A stretch of 64,000 nucleotides of DNA from an uncultured Chloroflexia bacterium (GTDB lineage: Bacteria; Chloroflexota; Limnocylindria; Limnocylindrales; CSP1-4). Where the stretch lies: positions 192,001-256,000 of the forward strand of contig CAWHXD010000017.1 in assembly GCA_963833225.1 (NCBI GenBank), written 5' to 3'. Shown here one piece after another: positions 31,039 through 39,710 of this stretch (its first letter is position 1; each line of letters starts with the position of its first letter). Position numbers and translations under genes: made by a program. The notes beneath the pieces are model-generated. The model saw only the letters and a program-made list of their open reading frames with translations, was not told the DNA's origin and searched no databases.

Positions 31039-31334
31039 CGGTCGCCGCGCTCCCAGTCGATGAGGTCCTGGACGGTCAGTCCCCCGAGATCCAGCTTCGG
31101 CCGAGGCTGGTCGAACACGTCGGTCGGAACCTGGCGCGTGGGCAGCCGCAGACCGTCACGCCGGGCCAGCTCCAGTAGGCCCGGGTGGATCCCGGGCCGC
31201 GTGCCATGGCCCGGTGGCACCAGCTCGGCGACGACGACCCCCCGGTCCGTGACGATCACGACGTCGCCGGCTTCCACCTTGCGGATGTATGAGCTGAGCC
31301 GGTTCTTGAGCTCGCGGATGCCGACGGTCTCCAT
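31035..31334 (-). CDS. Phd/YefM family antitoxin
   Basis: METVGIRELKNRLSSYIRKVEAGDVVIVTDRG; overlaps toxin start; TACATT 7 nt before ATG. Confidence 0.88.
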   Translation of the reverse strand: METVGIRELKNRLSSYIRKVEAGDVVIVTDRGVVVAELVPPGHGTRPGIHPGLLELARRDGLRLPTRQVPTDVFDQPRPKLDLGGLTVQDLIDWERGDR

Positions 31335-31507
31335 GTCCCCCAATGTAGCCACGAGAGGCCACATGGTCAACCCGACGTCAGCCTGGACCCAACACCATGG
31401 CAACCTCGTGATCGCACCGGGATAGGCGTCGCTCACGACCGAAGCTATCGTCGCGGGGCGCAACAGGACGGCTTCAGGACGCCGGCTCGCGTGGCAACGA
31501 CCGCCGG

Positions 31508-32245
31508 TCAGTCGAGGATCAGCCTCGCGCGCTGGAAGCGGGCCAGGGCAGCCCCGAGCAGGAGGAAATCGGCCACGACGAGGAACAAGGCCGCTACGAC
31601 CCCGATCGTTGCCCAGTCGAGACCGCTCAGCGTCTCGAACAGCTGCCGCCGGATGTCCTGCGGCAGGACCCCCATGACGAGCGCGGGGATGAGCACAACC
31701 GCGAAGATCGCAAGGTTCATGTTCTGCGCCGCCTGGCGCACGGTCGGTGCCCGCAGCGCCACCAGTGCTCCTCCACATGCCACGAACGAGGCGCCGAGGA
31801 GCCCGAAGCCGCCGAGCAGCACGATCGCGAGGGGGTCATACATGAGGAGGCCGTTGCCTGCGTTTGTCACGTTCACCGTGATGAGACCCAGCAGGGCGCT
31901 CACCACCATGAAGCCCCAGCCGTACGCCACCGCGGCCACGACCTTGCCGACCAGGATCGCTCGATCGGAGAGCCGACTCGCAAGCAGGGTTTCAAGCGTG
32001 TGGCGCTCCCGCTCTCCCGCGATCCCATCGGCGATGACGCCGCTCGCGAGCAACAACGGGACCCAGGCAAAGGGGAGGATGGCCACCGGCTCGCGCACGA
32101 GGTCCGGCCCGATCTGGAGCGGTAGGAAGACCCCGAAGATGACCAGCGAGAACGCCAGCCCGCGGAGCGACTTCTTGAGGCTTCCCGACGCGAAGAGGAG
32201 ACCGCGAAGATCCTTCCAGACGATGGTGAGGGCGTCCGCGATCAC
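31508..32245 (-). CDS. ABC-2 type exporter permease
   Basis: IAGERERHTLETLLAS...ILVGKV; multiple TM segments. Confidence 0.85.
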   Translation of the reverse strand: MIADALTIVWKDLRGLLFASGSLKKSLRGLAFSLVIFGVFLPLQIGPDLVREPVAILPFAWVPLLLASGVIADGIAGERERHTLETLLASRLSDRAILVGKVVAAVAYGWGFMVVSALLGLITVNVTNAGNGLLMYDPLAIVLLGGFGLLGASFVACGGALVALRAPTVRQAAQNMNLAIFAVVLIPALVMGVLPQDIRRQLFETLSGLDWATIGVVAALFLVVADFLLLGAALARFQRARLILD

Positions 32246-33174
32246 GCCTCACCCCCGACGAGCGTCATGAAGGCTTCCTCGAGGTCCGCGCTTCCTTTGC
32301 GCACCTCGTCGATGGCCACGCCCTCCTCGACCAGCAGGGCGACCACGGGCGCGGTGTCGACGCCGTCGCGCAGCCGCAGCGTGAGCTTCCCGTCATCGAG
32401 CTCGACCGATGCTGCGGCCGGCTGGGCATGCACGAGGGCTGCGATCCTCGCGTCGATCCCTCGTCCCGTGATCTCCATCCGCCCCGATCCGGCACGCGAC
32501 CGCAGCTCGTCCGGCCGGCCCACGGCGAGCAGCCCGCCGCGGTTGATCACCCCAACGAGGTCGCAGAGCTTCTCGGCCTCGGCCAGGTTGTGCGTCGTCA
32601 GGAACACGGTCACGCCTTCGCGCCGCGCCAAGGCCGTCAGGTCCTCGCGCAGTGCCGCAGCAGCGATTGGGTCGAGCCCCGCGGTCGGTTCGTCGAGGAA
32701 CACGAGGGCCGGCCGATGGAGCAGCGTCCGGGCCACGGCGAGCTTCTGCTTCATGCCGCGGCTCCAAGCGCCCACGATCTCGCGCCTGCGCTCCCACAGG
32801 TCCAGCCCGGTCAGGAGCTCCCTGACGCGTGCCTGGCGCTCAACGCTCGAGAGGCGCCACACCCGCGCGTAGAAGTCGAGGTTGTCCTGGGCAGTCATCC
32901 GCTCGTACAGCCCGGGGTGTTCGAGCAGAGCGCCACAACGTTCGCGGATCGCGCCCGCGTCGGTCCTGGTGTCGTGGCCGAGCACATCGGCGATCCCCGC
33001 GGTCGGTTCGAGCAGGCCCAGGAGCAGCCGGATCGTCGTCGTCTTGCCCGAGCCATTGGGGCCAAGGAAGCCGAAGATCACGCCCGTGGGCACGTCGAGC
33101 GACAGCCCGTCCACGGCGCGGAGCACGCCAAAGTCGCGGGTCAGGTCACGCGTATGGATGGCGAGATCGGGCAC
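32242..33174 (-). CDS. ABC exporter ATP-binding protein
   Basis: GPNGSGKTT, WSRGMKQK, FLDEPTAGLDP, LTTHNL; GGAGAGG RBS. Confidence 0.9.
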   Translation of the reverse strand: MPDLAIHTRDLTRDFGVLRAVDGLSLDVPTGVIFGFLGPNGSGKTTTIRLLLGLLEPTAGIADVLGHDTRTDAGAIRERCGALLEHPGLYERMTAQDNLDFYARVWRLSSVERQARVRELLTGLDLWERRREIVGAWSRGMKQKLAVARTLLHRPALVFLDEPTAGLDPIAAAALREDLTALARREGVTVFLTTHNLAEAEKLCDLVGVINRGGLLAVGRPDELRSRAGSGRMEITGRGIDARIAALVHAQPAAASVELDDGKLTLRLRDGVDTAPVVALLVEEGVAIDEVRKGSADLEEAFMTLVGGEA

Positions 33175-33420
33175 GTAGTCCCTCTCCTGCGCGGCGTATC
33201 TGGGGAGTCGTCCAATTCTAGTCGCCCGCTGGGCCGGCCCGTCTGTATGCCGCCACCCGCCACGATGGCACGATCGTGACCGCGTTCCGACGGCAGTGGG
33301 CGTGCGGCCATTCGGTCCGAACAGGCCCCCATCGGGCAGCATCTGGTGCGCCACCGGACCGAGGAAGCCGAGCCAGTCAAGAGCCGTCGCGCGCGAGCGC
33401 AGGCAGCGCGTGCGCGCGAC

Positions 33421-33450
33421 GTCCGCGAGCGTGCGCCGATGCAACGTGAC
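33421..33450 (+). repeat. 30-bp cassette-boundary site, copy 1
   Basis: GTCCGCGAGCGT-GCGCCG-ATGCAACGTGAC. Confidence 0.7.
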
Positions 33451-33504
33451 GGGGTCGGGAGCGGACGGTGCGATACTGCCGAAACCCAACCCTCAGGAGG
33501 CAAC

Positions 33505-33747
33505 GTGACTGAGACAGCCACACCGAAGCCGGCTGCGCCTGGCTTCGTCGTCCTGCGTCAGGTCGGCGGGGACCGCTGGCAAATGCTGGGCGAGGTCCGT
33601 CGAAGGCAAGGGCTTCCCGCCAGAGCCGCCCGAACGCAGGCGATCCTTGATGCGACGAACGGCGAGGCGAAGGCCGGCGAGGTTTACGCGGCCGTCCTTC
33701 GCAGCGAGTGGCGGATCGCCATGGACTGGGTGCCCCCGAAGGCCTAG
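33505..33747 (+). CDS. Small hypothetical protein (80 aa)
   Basis: AGGAGG RBS, GTG start; sole gene between sites 1 and 2. Confidence 0.65.
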   Translation: MTETATPKPAAPGFVVLRQVGGDRWQMLGEVRRRQGLPARAARTQAILDATNGEAKAGEVYAAVLRSEWRIAMDWVPPKA

Positions 33748-33762
33748 GCACAGGACCGCGGG

Positions 33763-33792
33763 GTCCGCGAGCGTCCGGCAGTGTCACCTGAT
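33763..33792 (+). repeat. 30-bp cassette-boundary site, copy 2
   Basis: GTCCGCGAGCGT-CCGGCA-GTGTCACCTGAT. Confidence 0.75.
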
Positions 33793-33820
33793 CGAAGGGC
33801 GGTCGTTCTGTGGTGCCGCG

Positions 33821-34012
33821 CTACCGGTAGCCGCCCTTGCCGTCCTTGCGAGCGAGCTCGACCCGCCGGAGCTGCGCTGGGTCGAGGTCGGCCTGTCGCT
33901 TGCCGTCGATGTCGGGCGGCGGTGCGTCGGTTGGAGGTGACTGCGGCAGCAGGCTCGCGATCGTGCCGACAACCCGCTTGAGCGCGGCCACCGCGGGCGT
34001 GATGAGCGACAT
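33821..34012 (-). CDS. Small hypothetical protein (63 aa)
   Basis: GGAG RBS; MSLITPAVAALKRVV...KDGKGGYR. Confidence 0.45.
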   Translation of the reverse strand: MSLITPAVAALKRVVGTIASLLPQSPPTDAPPPDIDGKRQADLDPAQLRRVELARKDGKGGYR

Positions 34013-34147
34013 CAGGGACTCTCCATAAGGGCGCATCCGCACCCGAGCGCATCATGCTCGGCAAGGGAAGCCCGGTCAATCGAGCAGCCGCCACACCCCG
34101 GACGGCCAGTCGGTTCGGGGGGCTCGGCTTCCAAACGCGTGATTCGC

Positions 34148-34669
34148 TCAGGGCGCAAGCGCGGCGCGCACCCGCTCCGGATACTTCTTCTCCGCGGCCG
34201 TCGCATTGCCTCCGAACGTCCCGCCCGGCACGACGACCTCCACGAGCAGGTTCTGCACGCCGACCCACTCCGAGTGCACAACGCCGTCCCAGCTGACGGT
34301 GCCGCGCGGACCCTGGATGCTCATTCCGCCGAACCCGGGCTGCATCGCCATGCGCTCGGCGGGGGTTGGGTAGACCAACACGACCCCGATGGCTCTCCCG
34401 ATCCCCTTGGCCGTGGTGGTGGTTCCGCGATAGACGAGCTCCGGAAAGACGCCCATGTCGCGATCGTCGGTGGTCGCCACGAGCGAAAGACCGGGATCCA
34501 AGGTCTGGAGTCGGCCCTCGATGTCGGCGAGCGCAAGTGGGGCTGCGGCGGGCGTCGGCTCCGGGGCGACGGATGCCACGCTCGCAGCCGGCGGGGGCAC
34601 GGGAGGCGTCGATGCACACGCCGCGAACACCGCCGCCGATGCTGCCAGGGCGAGAAGCCGCTTCATCAT
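34148..34669 (-). CDS. Hypothetical lipoprotein
   Basis: MKRLLALAASAAVFAAC lipobox, Pro/Ala linker. Confidence 0.65.
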   Translation of the reverse strand: MMKRLLALAASAAVFAACASTPPVPPPAASVASVAPEPTPAAAPLALADIEGRLQTLDPGLSLVATTDDRDMGVFPELVYRGTTTTAKGIGRAIGVVLVYPTPAERMAMQPGFGGMSIQGPRGTVSWDGVVHSEWVGVQNLLVEVVVPGGTFGGNATAAEKKYPERVRAALAP

Positions 34670-34779
34670 GTCCCGAAATCGCTCATTGCTGGAGCCATCT
34701 TCGGCTCCGGGACACGCCAGTCAAGAGCGAGCGGGCACGCGTCCCTGCCCCGAGGCCCTCGACCGCTCCCGCTGCGCCG

Positions 34780-35136
34780 CTACTTCGCTGCCCAGCCGGA
34801 CAGGGGCTCTGGTGGCGCGGCGAACCCCCCACTCGCGAGGATGTCAACGCCGAGGACATCGCGGCACCATTCGACATACCAGCGGTCGTAATCCGAGTTC
34901 TCCGGATCGAATACGCGGCTGCCCATCAGCTTCAGGTCCTCGGGCTCGATGTCGTAGGTATTGACCCGAAGGTCGAGGCCGCTTGAGAGATGGCTGGCCC
35001 ACATCGCATGCGCCTTCAGCCGAAACCTCGCGTTGAGGGCCTCGTACTCGACCCGGTGTTCTTCAAGCTCGGTGGCCAGTCGCCGGGCTCGGTCCATCGT
35101 TCCCGGGAGGATGGGCTTGGCGGCTCCAAACAGCAT
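34780..35136 (-). CDS. Hypothetical protein
   Basis: AAGGAGG RBS; MLFGAAKPILPG...DRWYVEWCRDVLGVD. Confidence 0.65.
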   Translation of the reverse strand: MLFGAAKPILPGTMDRARRLATELEEHRVEYEALNARFRLKAHAMWASHLSSGLDLRVNTYDIEPEDLKLMGSRVFDPENSDYDRWYVEWCRDVLGVDILASGGFAAPPEPLSGWAAK

Positions 35137-35290
35137 GGTCGCGCCTCCTTCCGACTTGATGGGCAACGAACGCGGGCGTGATGACCGACATCGAGGGACC
35201 TCCCTCACGGGCGAATCGGCGCCCGAGCCCCATCATCCTCGGCTTGGTTGGCGCGGGTCAATCGACCCTGCGGAACCACGGTGCCCGCCG

Positions 35291-35322
35291 GGGTCCAGTG
35301 CCGCCCGGCGGCCCCCTGGACG
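35291..35322. repeat. REP-like palindromic element, family B copy 2
   Basis: GGGTCCAGTG...GGCCCCCTGGACG, matches 9058-9093. Confidence 0.45.
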
Positions 35323-35342
35323 CGCGGTGCCACAACCGGTTC

Positions 35343-35519
35343 CCGCCAGGGAGTCAGAGCACGACTGTTCGTCGCGGGCTCTGTCCCCGGCGACATCGGA
35401 TCTGCTGTCGGTCAGCCACCAGACGACTACGTGTCAACCGGGCAGGCCGACACGGGCCCCGACCTGGGCGTCGACGCCGCCGGGCCGGGACGAGCAGTCG
35501 TCCTGTGACTGGCTGGCAG
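35343..35519. repeat. Long imperfect inverted repeat (REPIN-like), family A copy 2
   Basis: Arms 35343-35373 and 35489-35519; right arm 26/31 identical to 14292-14322. Confidence 0.65.
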
Positions 35520-35632
35520 GAATCGCCCGATGCGGAAACAGGCCGGTCTTAGGGCCTGTAGCCGATTGATCCCGCACGAACTACCACGTTTGTGCCATTC
35601 AAGTTGACGCTCCCGGCTGTCAGGCTGCCCTC

Positions 35633-36482
35633 ATGGGCGCGGTGACCGAGCTGACGGACGAGGAGTGGGGGCTGGTCAAGCACTTGTTCGACCCGCCCAC
35701 GCATCGCGGCGTCAAGGGCACGATCCCGCGACGCGACATCGTGGACGCGATCCTGTGGGTCGCCCGGACCGGCTGCCAGTGGCGGCACCTGCCCGACGGG
35801 TTCCCGGACTGGCAGGCCGTGTGGAGCCAGTGGCGTCGGTGGCGGGACAACGGCACCTGGGCAGCCGCGATGCGCGTGCTCGCGCGGGAGATCCGGCTCC
35901 GGCACAAGCGCACGGCGGACCCGACGATGGTCATGATCGACGGCCAGACGGTGAAGGGCGGGCGCGGCGGGCCAACGTTCGACGAGGCCGGCGGGCGCGG
36001 CGGCTACACGCGCGGCGCCAAGCGCACGATCCTGATCGAGATCCTCGGGCTGCCGCTTCGCGGTGTCGGTCAAATCGGCCAAGCCGCACGATGTCCAGTC
36101 GGCGCGGCGGATCCTCAAGGACCAGCTGGACGCGCCCCCAGCCCAGCAGCCGAAGCTACCTGGCCTCCAGGCCATCGTCGCCGACCGTGGCTACACGGGC
36201 CTCGCCGCGCTGGCCAACACCCACGGCCTCAACCTCGACATCAAGCGGCCGCCCCCCGCCCCGATGCTGCCGCCCGCGAAGCCCGGCGGGAAGCCGAGGA
36301 AGGGCAAGCGCACCTTCACCCCGATCCGTCCGCTCTACAAGGTCGAGAACGCCTTTGCCCGGCTCGGGATGTGGCGCCAGCTGTCTCGGTGCTATGAGCA
36401 GACGGCGCTCGGCGCGCAGACCTGGCTCGAGGTCGCCTGCGTCGCTTACCTGTGCGGGAGGCTGCGCGTCGAGCCGACGTAG
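35633..36482 (+). CDS. IS5 family transposase (frameshift near 36058)
   Basis: LTDEEW, AILWVARTGCQWRHLP, DDE triad in IDGQTVK / ADRGY / VENAFARL. Confidence 0.9.
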
Positions 36483-36970
36483 GCGCCCATCAGGCGCGTC
36501 GTAGCCTGGACGAGAACGCCCCAGAGGAACGTAATCGGCAGAGCGGCGATCACGGCGGCCGCGCCGTAGAACACCAGCCCGTAGAGGCCAAGCACGGCGA
36601 CCGCACCCACCACTTCGAGCGGACCGCTGACCCCGACCCGAAGTTCCGCCGGCTGACTCGCGAGCATGGTTGCGACATAGGCGAGAGCACCGAGTGGGAG
36701 CCCGATGAGGATCGCGGCGATCGATCCACCGAAGGCGGTCCAGCGATCGCCCGGGGCAACGCCGGGACCGAGCAGCCATCCGACAACCAGCGCGACGGGC
36801 ACCGCGACGACCACGATGGGCCCGGCATCTGGCGTGGACGTGACGGGCATGCCGAGGAGCAGCGCAAAGAGGGGTGCGAACAGCACGGCGGCCGGTATCC
36901 CCCACAGGGCACCGACCACGTGTGCGTTGGTCCTCGGTGACACCGCTAATGTGATACTCACAGGTAGCAC
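36446..36970 (-). CDS. Passenger integral membrane protein inside the IS5
   Basis: About five hydrophobic segments; TTGACA-N17-CATTGT promoter at 36997-36969 inside the right IS end; exact start uncertain. Confidence 0.55.
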   Translation of the reverse strand: MLPVSITLAVSPRTNAHVVGALWGIPAAVLFAPLFALLLGMPVTSTPDAGPIVVVAVPVALVVGWLLGPGVAPGDRWTAFGGSIAAILIGLPLGALAYVATMLASQPAELRVGVSGPLEVVGAVAVLGLYGLVFYGAAAVIAALPITFLWGVLVQATTRLMGAYVGSTRSLPHR

Positions 36971-37133
36971 AATGGTTCAAGGGCCTCGACTTGTCAAGCG
37001 GGTGGCGTAATCGGCTACAGGCTCTGAGTGACTCCCCCTTCGCCGGTAGCCATCGCCCCATCAAGCACGCGATCGGGAGGCTCGATGGGTCGCTGAAGCT
37101 CTGCTGACGCCGGTCGAGCCGCATGGCGGCATC

Positions 37134-37163
37134 GTCCGCGAGGGTGCGCCAATGACACCTGAC
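37134..37163 (+). repeat. 30-bp cassette-boundary site, copy 3
   Basis: GTCCGCGAGGGT-GCGCCA-ATGACACCTGAC. Confidence 0.8.
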
Positions 37164-37201
37164 CCTCAGCACCGCCGACCCAGCTCGCAGGCCTGTGCAG
37201 G

Positions 37202-37720
37202 TCACATCGCCGAGGGGGTGCCGACGCGTTCGAGGACGGCCTCGACCTGCGGCAAGGCAGCGAGGTACTGGCGGTCGGCCAACTGCTTGAGCGCCACGAA
37301 CAGAGCGGTCGCGACGACATCGGCAAGGACGAACGCGGCAAGACTGGCGACGGTGCCCAACAGGAGCAGCGGCGCGGCCAGCACCAGCCCGAGGCTGATC
37401 GCGATCGGCCAGTCCCACTTGCTCGCGGGTGTGGTCGCGCGACCGACAAGCCGCGTACCTGTGCCCTGCGGGACGAGCTCACCTCGGACTTCGAGGGCGA
37501 GCGGGTACTGCGTGTGGATCCGCCCGGGCTCACTGTGCGCGTCGATCAGGAGGTCGAGCCTCCGCCCCCCGACCGACCCGCGCACGAGCCAAAACGACCA
37601 GGTGGCATGCCCCGCGTCCTCGTAGCGCTCCTCGGCGATGGCGCGCCCGATCGCGGCCGCGACCGCGTCTGGTGGCACGTCCCACCTGGCACTGACCGAG
37701 CGACTGATGAGCGATCTCAC
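37202..37720 (-). CDS. Hypothetical membrane protein
   Basis: GGGGAG RBS; soluble N-terminal part, two C-terminal TM segments; sole gene between sites 3 and 4. Confidence 0.6.
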   Translation of the reverse strand: MRSLISRSVSARWDVPPDAVAAAIGRAIAEERYEDAGHATWSFWLVRGSVGGRRLDLLIDAHSEPGRIHTQYPLALEVRGELVPQGTGTRLVGRATTPASKWDWPIAISLGLVLAAPLLLLGTVASLAAFVLADVVATALFVALKQLADRQYLAALPQVEAVLERVGTPSAM

Positions 37721-37807
37721 AGCGGACCTCGCGCTCTCCCCGCTCTCATCGTCCGAGCGACCTTCGCCCTGGTCAAGGTGCCGTTCGTACCGAGACGTGG
37801 CGGCCCG

Positions 37808-37837
37808 ATCTGCGAGGGTGCGCCAATGTCACCCGGC
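37808..37837 (+). repeat. 30-bp cassette-boundary site, copy 4
   Basis: ATCTGCGAGGGT-GCGCCA-ATGTCACCCGGC. Confidence 0.75.
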
Positions 37838-37840
37838 AGA

Positions 37841-38035
37841 TCAGCAGCGCGACAGAGCGAGGATTGCCGTGCCGGAGGCCAGGGCGACAGCGGACCACAG
37901 GCCGACCGACGCCCATGGCAGGACGGCGAACATCGGCGTCAGGAGTGCCCACGCTGTGTAGGCAAGGCCTACACCAGCAACAGCAATCAGGCTGCCACCG
38001 GCGACGCTGCCGACAACACGCGCCAAGGTCCTCAT
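37841..38035 (-). CDS. Small two-TM membrane protein (64 aa)
   Basis: AGGA RBS; hydrophobic; stop 3 nt from site 4. Confidence 0.45.
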   Translation of the reverse strand: MRTLARVVGSVAGGSLIAVAGVGLAYTAWALLTPMFAVLPWASVGLWSAVALASGTAILALSRC

Positions 38036-38388
38036 CGATTGTCCTGGACGATCGCCGCGGCCCATACGGGTCGCCTGGGTCGCAATGCGTCCGCGCAATG
38101 TCCCCTGATGCAGGTGGGGATCACCTGGGCAGAGGGGCATCCCACCATCGAAGCGCGAGGGCACGCTGGACTTCGCGCGGATCGCCCGCGAGCAGGTCTC
38201 GAAGGACCTCAGTCTGGTTGGCGAACGCCCGTGCAATCTCAAGGGCGTCAGCCGCGCTCCGGGCCTGCGACAGCGATCTGCCGGAGCGCCTTCGGGCCGG
38301 AGAAGGAGCGCTCGTCGGTGTCGCCGGTCGATTGACCGTGCCCTGGTTGTCCTTGGAGGCTCACGGGCAGATAGTACGCACTGGCAAT

Positions 38389-38418
38389 CTCCGCGAGCGT
38401 GTGTCAACCACACCTGGT
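38389..38418 (+). repeat. 30-bp cassette-boundary site, copy 5
   Basis: CTCCGCGAGCGT-GTGTCA-ACCACACCTGGT. Confidence 0.65.
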
Positions 38419-38474
38419 GACCAGCTAGGGGCGGACGCGCTTGGATGAGCCGCAAAGCCCGTCCGCGTTAGGAG

Positions 38475-38783
38475 CTACGGACTTGCGCTCGGTCCCGGCT
38501 CGGCGCGCAGGCACAACTTGCCTTCGGGGGTGCCGAACTCGGCGTCGGATCCAGTCGGGCACGTGGCGTCCCTGCCCACCCAGGAGAGAACAACGTGGGT
38601 GTGTGGGCCGGAGCAGTCGGCGTTCCCGATCTGCTGGTGGTCGCCATCCGCCGACCCGTCGAAGTTCACGCACGCGCCGTCAGGGAAGCCGTCAGCCACG
38701 TCGTCGCGCTGTCGGCATGCCCCGATGGAAGCCGCGACCAGGAGCGTCCCCAGCAAGAACGGCAAAACGCGCAGTGATGTCAA
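38475..38783 (-). CDS. Small Cys-rich lipoprotein
   Basis: IGAC lipobox; GACV...DCSGPH...CPTG...LCL four-Cys pattern; start uncertain. Confidence 0.55.
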   Translation of the reverse strand: MTSLRVLPFLLGTLLVAASIGACRQRDDVADGFPDGACVNFDGSADGDHQQIGNADCSGPHTHVVLSWVGRDATCPTGSDAEFGTPEGKLCLRAEPGPSASP

Positions 38784-38947
38784 TCGAAGGCACTGAGCCC
38801 GATCGACATGACCCCTGCCCACGCGATATAGGCAAGCGCGAGGACGAGCACTCCCGCCAGGATCTGCCTTCCAGTCAATCGAGACACAGTCGGGTTCCTC
38901 GTGCGCAGCTGCCGCTGCGTATGCTCGTCACGATAGATGAGGCTTTG

Positions 38948-38977
38948 GTCCGCGAGCGTTTGCAGATGTCACCCGAG
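38948..38977 (+). repeat. 30-bp cassette-boundary site, copy 6 (contains the stop codon of the upstream minus-strand gene)
   Basis: GTCCGCGAGCGT-TTGCAG-ATGTCACCCGAG; TCA at 38969-38971 is the TGA of ORF 38969-39532. Confidence 0.78.
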
Positions 38978-39532
38978 ACGGGCGAACGGCACCGGCTCCC
39001 GACCGCCGACCAGGTCCGCAAGCGCGGCGACGACAGTGCGCATCGACGTGTCGGCTAGGTAGCAGTCATAGCCGTCGGCGATGCACTCGAATGTGGAGTC
39101 ATGGAAGCCGAGGATGAAATGGCGCAAGCGCTCGAACCGCTCAGGCCGATGCAGGGGATGCACCCGGTTGGCCGCCTCCAGCTCCCGGATCCACGCGCTG
39201 CCCATCACCTCAGCCGCACCGTAGTGCCCTGCGTCCGCCAGGCCGCTCGACCAGAGCGCGTGCCCGTGAAGGGCCTCATCGTTCAGGCCACCGAGCACAG
39301 CCCCGCGACAGTCGAGCCACTCAACGATGCCGATCTCGCCTTGGTTCGGTTCCTCGGGAGGCAGAGCGGTGAGCGGCCCGAGCTTGAGGGCGGTAGCGGC
39401 GAGCCCGAACGCCAGGAACGTCCGAAACTCGGACTGAATCAGCACCGGCTCGGGCGCACCCGAATCCCAGCCGAGACCGATATCGATCGGATGGACCTGC
39501 TCGCCAGTGGTTTGGTCGTGTCCGAAACGCAC
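38969..39532 (-). CDS. Conserved hypothetical protein
   Basis: GGAGG RBS; GAPEP, NDEALHGH, HFILGFHDSTFECIA look like a real conserved family. Confidence 0.7.
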   Translation of the reverse strand: MRFGHDQTTGEQVHPIDIGLGWDSGAPEPVLIQSEFRTFLAFGLAATALKLGPLTALPPEEPNQGEIGIVEWLDCRGAVLGGLNDEALHGHALWSSGLADAGHYGAAEVMGSAWIRELEAANRVHPLHRPERFERLRHFILGFHDSTFECIADGYDCYLADTSMRTVVAALADLVGGREPVPFARLG

Positions 39533-39643
39533 ACTGCCTCCGATCGCCGCTCTCGGATAGGCCGGCTCGTCGAGCAGCGAAGTATCGACCGATTGTGAGG
39601 GAAATGGAGGACCCGGGGTCCGGACAAGTCACGCCAGGTTCTC

Positions 39644-39673
39644 GTCCGCGAGTGTCATCTCCCCCGACCGCGC
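39644..39673 (+). repeat. Terminal half-site (left arm only) of the cassette array
   Basis: GTCCGCGAGTGT-CATCTC-CCCCGACCGCGC, 37 nt from the coxD stop. Confidence 0.6.
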
Positions 39674-39710
39674 AACCGCGATCCGTGCCCGTGCGGCAGA
39701 AGCGCCGGGG

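Larger units (their letters stand above)
35551..37025 (+). mobile_element. IS5-family insertion sequence carrying a passenger gene
   Basis: 17-bp terminal inverted repeats AGGGCCTGTAGCCGATT (35551) / AATCGGCTACAGGCTCT (37009), 16/17 match, enclosing the transposase and a second ORF. Confidence 0.8.
30551..39673. mobile_element. Accessory gene-cassette array inserted between coxE and coxD
   Basis: Nine-kb run of short unrelated genes, a TA pair and an IS5 separated by repeated 30-bp sites; splits normally adjacent coxD-coxE; no integrase inside. Confidence 0.65.

Noticed and set aside
33372-34728. Shared 13-mer GCCAGTCAAGAGC at 33372 and 34716
   Set aside because: Reads as a TTGACT -35-like box on the minus strand; better explained as promoter similarity than as a separate repeat family.
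36050-36070. Programmed frameshift in the IS5 transposase
   Set aside because: No slippery A-run at the break; looks like a single extra base as elsewhere in the window.
37143-37170. GGTGCGC resemblance to the E. coli dif XerC arm
   Set aside because: No TTATGT-type XerD arm follows and the match straddles the variable spacer; not called a canonical dif site.
33421-38977. Classical integron attC sites
   Set aside because: No RYYYAAC...GTTRRRY ends or long hairpins seen and no intI gene; only two copies have a short GCGGAC complement about 40 nt downstream.
33421-39673. 30-bp repeats as a CRISPR array
   Set aside because: Spacing is 340-3400 bp and contains whole genes; repeats vary internally; no cas genes in the window.
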